Below are positions 46,727 to 56,651 of a DNA stretch of 64,000 bases, piece by piece; the first letter of the stretch is position 1, and every line of letters starts with the position of its first letter. Position numbers and translations under genes: made by a program. A model generated the notes under the pieces. It searched no databases. It saw nothing but the letters and a program-made list of their open reading frames with translations, and had not been told where the DNA came from. The DNA is from an uncultured Bacteroidota bacterium. GTDB lineage: Bacteria; Bacteroidota; Bacteroidia; JABEUT01. The DNA is taken from NCBI GenBank assembly GCA_903863935.1, contig CAIPDV010000099.1, positions 7,342 to 71,341 of the forward strand, read 5' to 3'.

Positions 46727-47694
46727 AGAATATCTTCAATACTGGTTTTTTTATTTAAACGAATTGGGTATATAACAAAATACCAAATGATTAGGGTCAA
46801 AGATAAGAAAATCAATAACCCGTCGAAAAGTTGCGATGCCCTTGCATGCCGGGTTATGAAACTCTCAATGGTGGCAGCAATTATAAAAAATGGTACCGTA
46901 CCTATTACAATTTTAAGACCTTTTACAGCTCCCTGTTTGAAGGAAATAGCACGGGAATATGTTCCGGGGAAAAGAATACTGTTACCCATAACCAGCCCGG
47001 CACAACCTGCAATAATTATAACCGAAATTTCAATGGTACCATGCAGCCAAATAGTAAGTATTGATTCTTTAAGCGCACCTTCCTGATAACAGAAATACTG
47101 GAACACGCCTACCATAATGCCATTATATAAAAGAAAATAAGCACTTCCGAATGAAATTAGGATGCCGGCTGCATACGCTATAAATGCAACTTTAATGTTA
47201 TTAGTGGCAATTTCAAAAAACATCATCAGTTCATTACTGCTATTGTAAACCGCAAGGGGATGGCCATTGCGGATGTTTTCGAGAGTCATGTCAACATACC
47301 CGTCACCTAAAATTAGTCTTATAAAAGAATCATCATTTTTTGCTGAAATAACACCAATTAATGCGGAAACAATAAATATAAGGAAAGCAATAAGTAATGA
47401 ACGGTGAGAACTATAAAATATAGCTGGTAACTCAGTCCGCCAGAACTCTACTATACGGCTCTTTTTCTCTTTTTTGTTTTTGTAAATAACAATGTGCGCT
47501 TTTCCTGAAAGATCATTCAAATAGTTGCATACCGGCGATGCTGAATAGAAGGTGCGCGCATAGGAAAGGTCATCTATCAGCTGAATATACAGCGAAGCAA
47601 TCTCATCAGGATTATTCCTATCTTTGCTCTGAAGCATGCTCTCAAACTGCTTCCATTTATCCGTGTTTTGTTTTATAAATACAACTTCGCGCAT
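46723..47694 (-). CDS. SpoIIM-like (stage II sporulation protein M family) membrane protein
   Basis: N-terminal soluble ~100 aa, then five or six TM helices in the SpoIIM-like arrangement. Overlaps the next gene by 4 nt. Confidence 0.5.
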   Translation of the reverse strand: MREVVFIKQNTDKWKQFESMLQSKDRNNPDEIASLYIQLIDDLSYARTFYSASPVCNYLNDLSGKAHIVIYKNKKEKKSRIVEFWRTELPAIFYSSHRSLLIAFLIFIVSALIGVISAKNDDSFIRLILGDGYVDMTLENIRNGHPLAVYNSSNELMMFFEIATNNIKVAFIAYAAGILISFGSAYFLLYNGIMVGVFQYFCYQEGALKESILTIWLHGTIEISVIIIAGCAGLVMGNSILFPGTYSRAISFKQGAVKGLKIVIGTVPFFIIAATIESFITRHARASQLFDGLLIFLSLTLIIWYFVIYPIRLNKKTSIEDIL

Positions 47695-47724
47695 GAAAAA
47701 TCTTTGTCGTAAAGGTAATTAAAT

Positions 47725-48468
47725 ATGGAAAACGTAAATATTGAAACCACTCAAAATGTAAATATTGAGTATCCAATTGCCGGTATACCCGAGCGGATGG
47801 CTGCTGCTTTGCTTGATTTGCTTATCATGGCAGGGTATATGCTTATTGCTTCAATCATTATTAAAAATATTGCAGGAGATAATTACCGGGAGAGCAGATG
47901 GGAAGTAAGTTACATATTGTGGGCTGTTTTCTCCATTCCTTTATTGTTTTACACGTTGGCTTTCGAAACCTTTATGAATGGCCAGACCATTGGGAAGCGT
48001 GCTGTTCGAATTAAAGTAATGAGGCTTGATGGAAGGCAACCCACCTTCGGGAATTATATTATGCGTTGGATCATGCGAATAATCGACATATTCCTTACTT
48101 CTCCTTTATTTGGGGTGATTGCAATAATTACCGTTGCGGTAAATGGAAAAGGCCAGCGTTTAGGCGATATTGCTGCCGGAACCATGGTGGTAAAGACCAC
48201 TTATGGAGAGGAAATCGGCAAAACCATATTCACCAATATACAAGAGGAATATGTTCCGGAATATCCCCAGGCTACAATGCTTACCTTAAACGAAGTGAAT
48301 GTAATTAAGCGGGTGCTTTCACTAAAACCCGATGAAAATAGTGAGGAAGCAGTGGTGAAGTTGGTTACAAAACTATCGGAACATCTTGGCATCAATCCTC
48401 CGATTGATAACAGAGGGTTCCTGAAAGCCTTGGTTAAGGATTATAATAAAGTTAACGGTAGAAATTAA
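47725..48468 (+). CDS. RDD-family membrane protein
   Basis: RDD-type core (…GQTIGKRAVRIKVMRLDGRQPT…) flanked by TM helices. Divergent from the SpoIIM-like gene. Confidence 0.65.
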   Translation: MENVNIETTQNVNIEYPIAGIPERMAAALLDLLIMAGYMLIASIIIKNIAGDNYRESRWEVSYILWAVFSIPLLFYTLAFETFMNGQTIGKRAVRIKVMRLDGRQPTFGNYIMRWIMRIIDIFLTSPLFGVIAIITVAVNGKGQRLGDIAAGTMVVKTTYGEEIGKTIFTNIQEEYVPEYPQATMLTLNEVNVIKRVLSLKPDENSEEAVVKLVTKLSEHLGINPPIDNRGFLKALVKDYNKVNGRN

Positions 48469-48490
48469 TAAACACTTAAATCTTATTTTT

Positions 48491-49324
48491 ATGTTACTAG
48501 GCGTACATTGTTCAGTTAGCGGAGGATTGGAGCATTCCTTCGAGGAAGCAAAAACATTAGGGATTGATACATTTCAAGTCTTTACCCGAAATCAACGTCA
48601 GTGGAAAGCCAAACCAATTTCGGCTGAAGAAAAGAAACTATTTGCAGATGCGTGGGCTCAAAACCCTCAAATTAAAGTAATATTCTCCCATGCTTCCTAT
48701 CTTATTAATTTAGCTAGTGCCGATACTGAGTTAAGAAACAAATCAATTGCAGGATTCACCGAAGAGGTGATTCGTTGTACTGAATTAGGACTGGCTTATA
48801 CTGTTCTTCATCCAGGCGCTGCCGGAGAAAGTACACCAGAAGAAGCAATGGAGCGTATTGCAGATTCATTAAAAAAAATAGTAGCCGAAACCCAAAGTTC
48901 CAACGTAAAGATCTTACTGGAAAACACTGCAGGACAAGGCTCGCACGTAGGGTATAAATTTGAACATATACGGAATATAATGGACCTGACCGGTTCGGAC
49001 CGCATTGGAACTTGTTTTGATACATGCCATGCTTTTGCGGCTGGATATAACATTTCTACTGAGGAAGGTTTCCATAAAACCTGGCATGATTTCGATAAAA
49101 TTATCGGACTTGATAATCTACATGCTATCCATTTAAATGACTCGAAAGGCGAATTGGGTAGCAGGCTTGACAGGCACGACCATATAGGTCAGGGGAAAAT
49201 TGGGACGCTAGCATTCAGTATGATGATGAAAAAATTCAAACATATTCCAAAGGTTATTGAAACCGATGAGGCCAATAATATGGATGCTGTTAATCTTAAA
49301 GTGCTGAACGAACTTGCAGAATAG
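48491..49324 (+). CDS. nfo: Deoxyribonuclease IV (endonuclease IV)
   Basis: MLLGVHCSVSGGLEHSFEEA…, HASYLINLAS and LENTAGQG motifs of the TIM-barrel AP endonuclease 2 family. Confidence 0.85.
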   Translation: MLLGVHCSVSGGLEHSFEEAKTLGIDTFQVFTRNQRQWKAKPISAEEKKLFADAWAQNPQIKVIFSHASYLINLASADTELRNKSIAGFTEEVIRCTELGLAYTVLHPGAAGESTPEEAMERIADSLKKIVAETQSSNVKILLENTAGQGSHVGYKFEHIRNIMDLTGSDRIGTCFDTCHAFAAGYNISTEEGFHKTWHDFDKIIGLDNLHAIHLNDSKGELGSRLDRHDHIGQGKIGTLAFSMMMKKFKHIPKVIETDEANNMDAVNLKVLNELAE

Positions 49325-49961
49325 ATCTATGCAGGTCAGTTTTTTCGAAAGGTTGAAAGAGGAAATAGCCAAAGGGCTTCCAGGCTGGGATGCTCAAAAA
49401 CGTATGGCTCCATTGGGCCGTAACCAAGCCAGGTATATACCCGGAAATGTTGGGAAAACAAGAGAAAGTGGGGTTTTGATATGGCTTTATCCGAATCAAA
49501 ATAGAATTTATACACGGTTGATTCTGCGTACCGCAGGGGGAGTTCATAGCGGACAGGTTGCATTCCCGGGAGGCAAGGTAGAACCAACTGACCATGATTA
49601 CTGGCATACAGCCTTGCGTGAAGCCAATGAAGAAATTGGTTTGCCTTCTGAAAACATTTCACTTATTGGTGCGCTAACACCGCTCTATATCCCCCCTAGT
49701 AATTTTTGGGTGCATCCATTTATTGGCAGGGGAGAAGGAAGAATTGAATCCTCAATAAATAAAGCCGAAGTTCAAAAATATTTTGATGTTGAATTAATGG
49801 AATTGCTCGCACCTGAATCGAAAGAAGAACGGATAATTACGGTAAGTTCAGGAGAACAAGTAATAACACCTACTTATATTTTACAAGGAAATACAGTATG
49901 GGGTGCCACGGCCATGATGCTAAGCGAACTCGAAGAGCTAGTTAGGAGAACCATAAGCTAA
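49314..49961 (+). CDS. NUDIX hydrolase, CoA pyrophosphatase-like
   Basis: NUDIX box VAFPGGKVEPTDHDYWHTALREANEEIGL. Confidence 0.75.
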   Translation: MQNRSMQVSFFERLKEEIAKGLPGWDAQKRMAPLGRNQARYIPGNVGKTRESGVLIWLYPNQNRIYTRLILRTAGGVHSGQVAFPGGKVEPTDHDYWHTALREANEEIGLPSENISLIGALTPLYIPPSNFWVHPFIGRGEGRIESSINKAEVQKYFDVELMELLAPESKEERIITVSSGEQVITPTYILQGNTVWGATAMMLSELEELVRRTIS

Positions 49962-49971
49962 AACAAACTGC

Positions 49972-51234
49972 TTATTGGTAAATCACCATTTTCTTTGTAA
50001 TGGTTGAACCTAAAGAAGAAATAGAATAAAAATAAACTCCTGCATTTAATTCATTTGCATTCAGGGTAATAGTATGCTCACCAGATGTTTGTGTGCCATA
50101 ATTTTGAACATATACTTCTCTCCCCGTTAAATCTGTTACTTTGAATGATACCTCAGATGACTTACTAAGGCTATATGTTATTACGGAAGTCTCATTAAAC
50201 GGGTTTGGATAATTCTGACTGACATTGATTAATGGAGAATGAAGCGTTGGGATTCCAACTGTAAAATTCATTGCAGCGGTGACCATAATGTTTATATTTT
50301 GAAAATAGGTTGCACCATCGGTGGCTGTATCATATGTATGTTTTGAGGTGTCGCAAGGATAATAAACATTATTGCCCGATCTGTCAGGAAATAAACCATA
50401 GCCTGTATATTCATTCCATTGAACAAAGCTATTTGCAATAAAGGGTGGTGTTTCAGTTACTTTTGAGAAGTGGGTGTTTTTTGCAAAAACACCACCTGTA
50501 ACCTTATTCGGGCAAGCATCCGGAACAGAACCGAAGCCATAGATAAACCAGCAACTGTCTAGTTTAGATGCATCATAATAATCCAGTTTAATTGCAAACT
50601 TTGTACCTGATAAAGAATAGTAATTCAAACACCATTTTAATACTTTAATCTGGCCATCGTTTCCGTACCCAATTGTATCTCCTATAAAGAGTGTAGACAA
50701 AAGTGGAGTGGTGCTCGGGTATCCCTGGGCATCAATTGTAATCAACTGAAGTTTCAATGTGTCTTTCTGATGGCTGTTATTAACCTGCACTATAGGAACA
50801 TAAATAGTGTCAAGTAGTAAACTGTTAACTGCTCCGGGTGAAAAACCCATAGCATAGTTAACCGCATAAAGACTGTCAAAAGCAACAATTGCAGTATTTA
50901 TGCAATCGTAATTTTGATAGAACATAGTTGAGGCCTTATAGCTATTTGCGGTGTCTTTAGGAAAGCGATAATAATTGTTTATCAACTGACCCTGTTCAGC
51001 CTGATAAGATGAATAAATAGCTTGATCGGCGGTTGAGTAGTCTAGTAAAATATAAGCGGAATCAACTTGAGCAGGTTTCGATATCTTTCCACCTCTTAAA
51101 TGATGGTCAGGCAAACCTTTAGGGGTTTGTTTAGTAGTTGTTTGACCATTTGTAAATGAAATAATGCCAACCAGAAAAGTGACTGATAATAAAAGATTAT
51201 TTTTCAAAGGATTAAGTATTAAGTGGAACATCAA
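49972..51234 (-). CDS. T9SS C-terminal sorting domain secreted protein
   Basis: Signal peptide. The C-terminal ~80 aa have the type A CTD pattern NYPNPFNETSVITYSL…GVYFYSISS…KKMVIYQ. Confidence 0.7.
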   Translation of the reverse strand: MMFHLILNPLKNNLLLSVTFLVGIISFTNGQTTTKQTPKGLPDHHLRGGKISKPAQVDSAYILLDYSTADQAIYSSYQAEQGQLINNYYRFPKDTANSYKASTMFYQNYDCINTAIVAFDSLYAVNYAMGFSPGAVNSLLLDTIYVPIVQVNNSHQKDTLKLQLITIDAQGYPSTTPLLSTLFIGDTIGYGNDGQIKVLKWCLNYYSLSGTKFAIKLDYYDASKLDSCWFIYGFGSVPDACPNKVTGGVFAKNTHFSKVTETPPFIANSFVQWNEYTGYGLFPDRSGNNVYYPCDTSKHTYDTATDGATYFQNINIMVTAAMNFTVGIPTLHSPLINVSQNYPNPFNETSVITYSLSKSSEVSFKVTDLTGREVYVQNYGTQTSGEHTITLNANELNAGVYFYSISSLGSTITKKMVIYQ

Positions 51235-51251
51235 AGGTACGCATAATTACA

Positions 51252-51287
51252 TAAAAAAAACCCTGACTATAACGCCAGGGTTTTTTT
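51252..51287. terminator. Bidirectional rho-independent terminator
   Basis: A8-ACCCTG-loop-CAGGGT-T7: a GC stem flanked by an A-run and a T-run, downstream of the minus-strand T9SS gene 51307..52608. Confidence 0.55.
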
Positions 51288-51306
51288 ATTATTGCTTTAA
51301 CAACTA

Positions 51307-52608
51307 TTACTCAGTAATAATCATTTTCTTGGTAACCTTGGTACCGTTTATGTCAAATGAATAGAAATAAACACCAGGGCTAAATGAATTAGCATCTAAG
51401 TTGATAACATGTTGACCAGCGCCAGCGTTGGTAACAGTGTTAACTAAAACTCTTCCGGTCATGTCATATACTGAGAAAGTAACATTTGATGACTTGGTTA
51501 AGCTATAGTTGATAGTAGTGTTCTTGTTGAATGGGTTAGGATAGTTTTGACCAACTGATAAACCAGCTGAGTTGATTTTATCCATGCCCGCAGGAACTAC
51601 GCTGATAGAAGGGAAGATAGCGATATCCTGAACACTCCATTGGATGGTATCGCCACCGCAGGTAGAGTATAAAAGAACTGCCGGAAGTGGTGCCCAATAG
51701 TAGGTAGCTGAGTTCATGTAATAACCTTGGTAGGTACCTGAGGTTAAAGGCCATGATAATGAAGAACCATTTCCATGTTGACCAGGAGAGGTGAAATACC
51801 ACATTCCGTTTGCAAAAGTGTTAACACAATTTACAGCTCCGTTAGGAACACCAATAGTTGTAGGCTCTGGGGTGTAATATCCACCTAAAGCTGTACAAGC
51901 TGTACTTCCTTGTGAGTAGTAAACAGTTGCTATTGAGTCCATGGTTTTGTCAGCAAGAACTGTCATTTGAACTGAGAAGTTCCAACCGTGACGTGCTGAA
52001 TTAGGAACAGAAATTGGCTTAACTACATAGAAAGATTGCATTGAATCTACTGTATTGTAAGGGAAGAATGTAGGGCTTACTACTACTGTATCAACACCAT
52101 AAACGGTTGAAGTAGGAAATCCGGCAGCATTCACTGACATAACAGAAAGAAGAATGGTATCATTGTTACCTGAAGTGTTGTGGTAACGTACATAACAAGT
52201 AATGGTATCAACTTCTACAACCATACCTGGGGTGGCAATGTTTGCAAAACCTTGAGAATAAAGATCCCAGCAGGTGTCAAAAACGGTTGTTACATTGTTT
52301 GCATTAAGGTTGTAAGCTGAACCGCTATCTGCAAGAGAATAATTGTTATTGATGAACAGGTAAGGAGACCAGTTGTAAAAAGTTCCTCCTGATTGAGCCG
52401 CGTCACCTGCTAAGTTATCAAGGAGATAATTAGGGTTAGATGTCACTTTTCTCGAAGTAGACGAATGGGTTACTGGTGCAAACTTTCCACTAGCAGGAAC
52501 CGGGTGGGTTGACCTGATTTTGGAGAAGTTTCCAGGAATTTGTGCCATAGCCCCAACTGCCAATAATGACAAACTGAGGGAAGCAATTAAATTAGAAGTC
52601 TTTTTCAT
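51307..52608 (-). CDS. T9SS C-terminal sorting domain secreted protein
   Basis: Signal peptide. C-terminal NYPNPFNKNTTINYSL…GVYFYSFDINGTKVTKKMIITE CTD. Confidence 0.7.
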   Translation of the reverse strand: MKKTSNLIASLSLSLLAVGAMAQIPGNFSKIRSTHPVPASGKFAPVTHSSTSRKVTSNPNYLLDNLAGDAAQSGGTFYNWSPYLFINNNYSLADSGSAYNLNANNVTTVFDTCWDLYSQGFANIATPGMVVEVDTITCYVRYHNTSGNNDTILLSVMSVNAAGFPTSTVYGVDTVVVSPTFFPYNTVDSMQSFYVVKPISVPNSARHGWNFSVQMTVLADKTMDSIATVYYSQGSTACTALGGYYTPEPTTIGVPNGAVNCVNTFANGMWYFTSPGQHGNGSSLSWPLTSGTYQGYYMNSATYYWAPLPAVLLYSTCGGDTIQWSVQDIAIFPSISVVPAGMDKINSAGLSVGQNYPNPFNKNTTINYSLTKSSNVTFSVYDMTGRVLVNTVTNAGAGQHVINLDANSFSPGVYFYSFDINGTKVTKKMIITE

Positions 52609-52712
52609 AATGTTTAAATTTTTGGATTTGATTTAGGACTGCTAAGATATATATAAGTTTAATATCAACTTCTTTTTTTAACCCTTTTTTTTGCAATTCT
52701 TCAAAAATCAGT

Positions 52713-53231
52713 CTAAAACTTTGGAATTATCCATTTTCCACTGACCTTCATCACCTGTTCTATTACATCCCTAACACATCCTTTCCCGCCATCAATATGG
52801 GATATGTACTTAGAAATGCTCTTTATTTCCTGAACTGCATCTTTCGGACATACAGGAACTCCCACTTTGGTCATAACTTCATGATCTACCAGGTCATCTC
52901 CCATATAGAGTACTTCGCTAAGGCTTAAGTCGTATAGTTCAACAAATTCTTTCATTGCTTCGAATTTGTTTTCTGTTTTTAAATAAATATCTGAAATACC
53001 TAGCCTGTTAAGGCGCTGTTTTACAGATTGGGAATTTCCTCCGGTTATAATGCATAAATGATATCCATTCTTAACGGCCAGTTTCATTGCAATACTGTCG
53101 CGCATATTCATAGTACGAACTAATTCCCCATCGGGCATTATTATTAATGAAGAATCGGTTAGAACCCCGTCTACATCAAATACCATTGCTTTCACCTGCC
53201 TTAGCAGTTCCTTAAAGTTTTTTTCTTCCAT
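52713..53231 (-). CDS. kdsC: KdsC-family HAD phosphatase (3-deoxy-D-manno-octulosonate 8-phosphate phosphatase-like)
   Basis: HAD motif I FDVDGVLTD. Size and downstream GDD motif fit YrbI/KdsC. Confidence 0.7.
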   Translation of the reverse strand: MEEKNFKELLRQVKAMVFDVDGVLTDSSLIIMPDGELVRTMNMRDSIAMKLAVKNGYHLCIITGGNSQSVKQRLNRLGISDIYLKTENKFEAMKEFVELYDLSLSEVLYMGDDLVDHEVMTKVGVPVCPKDAVQEIKSISKYISHIDGGKGCVRDVIEQVMKVSGKWIIPKF

Positions 53232-54003
53232 TGGCTGATTTGATAATACTATTAGTCAGTAAGCCGTAAATTTTCAAATAATCGGGATGCGATTTTAAGA
53301 GATCCCTGTGTTTTGTTAATATTCTCTTATCGTTCCTGCTTGCCGGGCCTGTCTGGCAAAGTGCCGGAGATTGCCAGGCAATATTATCCACTGTTTCTTT
53401 TGCAAGTGGTAAAAAGAGTGAGAAAGGGATACCCGCTTCTTTACACAGGTTTTCTGCAATGGCAAAGAGATGGTTCGGGAAGTTGTTTACAAATACAGCT
53501 GTCATATGGATCTTTGCCCGCTGAGCCGAATCCATGTAGTAGAATTTACCTTTTAATTCCTTTACCAAACCTTCAAGTTTTGCCTTTGTTTGCTTATCGG
53601 AAGCTTCAACAAAAAAGGGGATATTTTTTGCAAGATCTTTCTTTCCGGCAAATGAATACATAGGCCACATTACCCCATAAGTATCGGAAACATTTTTTAG
53701 GGTCTTTAATGCCGTACTTCCGGAAGTATGTATAACCATTTTGCCTTTAAGCTTAAGTTTTTTACAAACACTTTCAAGAACGTCATCTTTAACTGCAATA
53801 ATATAAATATCAGCCTCTTTATATATTTTACTTAAATCATTAGTGAAAGTGCTATTGTGTTCCCTTGCCAATGTGCGGGCATTGGAGAGCGAGCGGCTGT
53901 ATACTTGAATGACATCCCAATTTTTCCGGAGTGCTTTTGAGAGGGAGGTAGCCACATTCCCCGAGCCTATAAAAACAACTTTTTGTTTGGAAGTCTTTTT
54001 CAT
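53212..54003 (-). CDS. Rossmann-fold NAD(P)-binding protein (DUF2520-type)
   Basis: N-terminal VVFIGSGNVATSLSKAL dinucleotide-binding motif. Length and organisation are typical of the DUF2520 proteins often paired with kdsC. Confidence 0.6.
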   Translation of the reverse strand: MKKTSKQKVVFIGSGNVATSLSKALRKNWDVIQVYSRSLSNARTLAREHNSTFTNDLSKIYKEADIYIIAVKDDVLESVCKKLKLKGKMVIHTSGSTALKTLKNVSDTYGVMWPMYSFAGKKDLAKNIPFFVEASDKQTKAKLEGLVKELKGKFYYMDSAQRAKIHMTAVFVNNFPNHLFAIAENLCKEAGIPFSLFLPLAKETVDNIAWQSPALCQTGPASRNDKRILTKHRDLLKSHPDYLKIYGLLTNSIIKSANGRKKL

Positions 54004-54046
54004 TTTTAACTTTCAATTCCTGTTGTTATTGGAATCAACATTAAAT

Positions 54047-56488
54047 TTATTCTTTTTTCGCTTCTTTCCTTTTCTTAATGCGTTGCCTTATTGAAAGAAT
54101 TGTTCCAAGAACCATAACAAGGCATCCGAACCACAATACATTTATGTAAGGAAATACAACTGCTTCTAACACGATAAAGTCCTTTTCGGTATGTTTTGCC
54201 TCCGAAACACTAAAATCCATCGTATGCTCATCAGGATTGATTTTTTGGAATGTAAACGACAAACCTAATTCAGGCACTGAAGCAGGAATGTTACGTATAC
54301 GATTATGAGATACTACATAAACAGGTTCTGCTATGTGTATTTTGTCATTTACATCAATTACCTTTAAAACGGCTCCTGCTGCAACTTCATCGGCATCAAT
54401 GTTGTATTTAATATGGTCTATCTGCCTTTCAAGCTTAGTAAAAACAATAATACTGTTGGAAGAAAACATAGTATCACCCACTTTCAGTGTATGAACAGAG
54501 CCAGGTTCGGCACCTGCATCTCTTCCTTGCTCACCTTTCATCGTGAGGTCAGCGGCCATAATGTGCGTATATATATCCTTTGTAAAGAAATGCCGTGTAG
54601 ATGGTTCTGCCACATTACCCATCTGTGGATTGATCTGAATAATCGGGTGGAGAGTAAAGTCAGATGAGTACTTTTTAGTGGAGGAATCTTTGTGTAAAAA
54701 CTCAACTGCAAATAAGATATCGTGCCCGACTCTTTCTTTGCCAGTATAAGTCACAAAGTACTCGCCCATTCGAAGTGTGTCACCTTTATTCAGGAGGATG
54801 TCGGTTGAGTTAGAAAAGTCTTTACCTTTTGTTCCGACATCAATTCCAGAGGAGTTAACCGATATAACTTCTTTCTTTGAGGTAGAAATAAGTGCTCCCA
54901 TAATAATAAGTCCAAAACCAAGGTGAGCAAAGGTGGCACCGCCTTTCTGGAGGTTAGCTTTTTTAGCCCTGACCCAATAAAAGAAATTGGCTGTTACAGC
55001 AAACCAACTGGTAAGAAGCAACGTAATAAAGAATCCGTTTGTTAATTTGAGAACTAGTGAGGATATGGTTGTAATAACAACTGCCAAAACAAACGGAAGT
55101 GTCAACTGTTTTACGAATTGCTTGAGGTCGGTTGTTTTGAATTTAAAGTAAAGGCCAATAGCTACAAGGAATGTAACAATAATTGCAAACGGTATCTGCC
55201 AGCGATTATAGAACCCAACCCGGTCAACAGGAGGAGCCTGGTTAAATCCGAATATTTTGTTGGTCACCGGAACTGATGTAATAACAATGATCTGCATGCA
55301 GGACATTACCAAAACCAAGGCACCTAAAAACATCCAAAATTCCCTTGACCAAAGGTCTTCCTCATCTGGCTGTTTAGGTAGTTTGCTGTAATTAACTATA
55401 ATGAGAACTGTTGCTAACAGAATGAAGAATAACAGATAAATAAGTAGCCAGCCCGACATACCTAAGTCGGTAAAGGCATGCACGGATGTATTGCCTAATA
55501 TTCCGCTACGGGTAAGGAAAGTAGAATACAGGACAAGTATGAATGTTATTATGGGAAATATAAAAGTTGATAAAGCCCCACGCTGACGTGCCTTATAAAT
55601 GATGAGTATGTGCCCTGTTCCCACAAAAGTAAGCCATGGGATTAGAGACGCATTCTCGACCGGATCCCAAGCCCAGAAACCGCCAAAACTCAACGATTCA
55701 TAAGCCCATGCACCACCCATAAGTATTCCGGTTCCGAGAATCATGATACCAAAGAATGACCATGGAAGCGCATCTACCTGCCAGTCGCCGTATTTCTTTT
55801 TCCAGAGGCCTGCAATGGCATAGGCAAAAGGTACTATTGTGGAAGCGAAGCCAAGGAAAAGGGTAGGAGGGTGGATGGTCATCCAGTAGTTTTGAAGAAG
55901 CGGATTTAGTCCTCGACCGTCGAGGTGGCGCAGATAATCTGCCATACCGAAAATTGGGATATTAGCATATTCAGGGGTTTCACGTAAAAGCATAAAAGGG
56001 TTGCTTCCAATGCGAAATCCGAAAATATAATACCCGAAAAGCATTGAAGCTAAAAATACCTGAGCCAGTGAAATGGTGGCCATTACCGGGGCTTCCCATT
56101 GTCGGGTGGTTCTCATTAAAATATTTCCAAGCACCACCTGCCAGAAAGTCCAAAGTAAAAAACTGCCTTCCTGTCCTTCCCAAAAGCATGCCAGAGTATA
56201 TTTCTGAGGCATACTGTTGTTTGAGTGTTCCCACACATAATAATATTCATACATATGTGTGAATATCATGTAGAACATGGTAGCCATTATGCCTGCCACC
56301 GCTAATGAATGCACATGAAATGAAATCCTTCCCAATTTCTTCCAGGGGCCGCCTTCCAGTTCATCATTCTGTGCTGAACGGAAATAAGCGAATGCCGCCA
56401 GCAAAGCCGCAGTAAAGGACAGGAATACAAAAGTGTTTCCGACCATTCCTGCCCAAATGTGTTCGCCTATATATGTTATATTGTTCAA
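54047..56488 (-). CDS. ccmF: Cytochrome c-type biogenesis heme lyase CcmF
   Basis: WWD motif GGFWAWDPVENASLIPWL (compare E. coli CcmF GGWWFWDPVENASFMPWL). More than 12 TM helices. Extended C-terminal periplasmic domain. Confidence 0.85.
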   Translation of the reverse strand: MNNITYIGEHIWAGMVGNTFVFLSFTAALLAAFAYFRSAQNDELEGGPWKKLGRISFHVHSLAVAGIMATMFYMIFTHMYEYYYVWEHSNNSMPQKYTLACFWEGQEGSFLLWTFWQVVLGNILMRTTRQWEAPVMATISLAQVFLASMLFGYYIFGFRIGSNPFMLLRETPEYANIPIFGMADYLRHLDGRGLNPLLQNYWMTIHPPTLFLGFASTIVPFAYAIAGLWKKKYGDWQVDALPWSFFGIMILGTGILMGGAWAYESLSFGGFWAWDPVENASLIPWLTFVGTGHILIIYKARQRGALSTFIFPIITFILVLYSTFLTRSGILGNTSVHAFTDLGMSGWLLIYLLFFILLATVLIIVNYSKLPKQPDEEDLWSREFWMFLGALVLVMSCMQIIVITSVPVTNKIFGFNQAPPVDRVGFYNRWQIPFAIIVTFLVAIGLYFKFKTTDLKQFVKQLTLPFVLAVVITTISSLVLKLTNGFFITLLLTSWFAVTANFFYWVRAKKANLQKGGATFAHLGFGLIIMGALISTSKKEVISVNSSGIDVGTKGKDFSNSTDILLNKGDTLRMGEYFVTYTGKERVGHDILFAVEFLHKDSSTKKYSSDFTLHPIIQINPQMGNVAEPSTRHFFTKDIYTHIMAADLTMKGEQGRDAGAEPGSVHTLKVGDTMFSSNSIIVFTKLERQIDHIKYNIDADEVAAGAVLKVIDVNDKIHIAEPVYVVSHNRIRNIPASVPELGLSFTFQKINPDEHTMDFSVSEAKHTEKDFIVLEAVVFPYINVLWFGCLVMVLGTILSIRQRIKKRKEAKKE

Positions 56489-56562
56489 GTAGAGATCTGT
56501 GAATAGTAAATTACAAAGGGCGCAAAGTTAATCAAGAACTGTTAGTGTAGGAAATCGTTATA

Positions 56563-56637
56563 CTGAACTTGTTTCAGCATCCCACTAATGCGGTTTAATA
56601 AAATAAATCTTTTGTTGGGATGCTGAAACAAGTTCAG
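56563..56637. repeat. Perfect 22-bp inverted repeat with 31-nt spacer in the ccmE–ccmF intergenic region
   Basis: CTGAACTTGTTTCAGCATCCCA …31 nt… TGGGATGCTGAAACAAGTTCAG. No flanking U-tract. Confidence 0.6.
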
Positions 56638-56651
56638 CATGACCGTAGGGA

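Noticed and set aside
54047-56488. Alternative reading of the 813-aa protein as a system-II CcsBA fusion
   Set aside because: The WWD motif matches CcmF closely (GGFWAWDPVENASLIPWL), and a CcmE heme chaperone, a CcmD-like gene, CcmC and CcmB are adjacent. That is diagnostic of system I.
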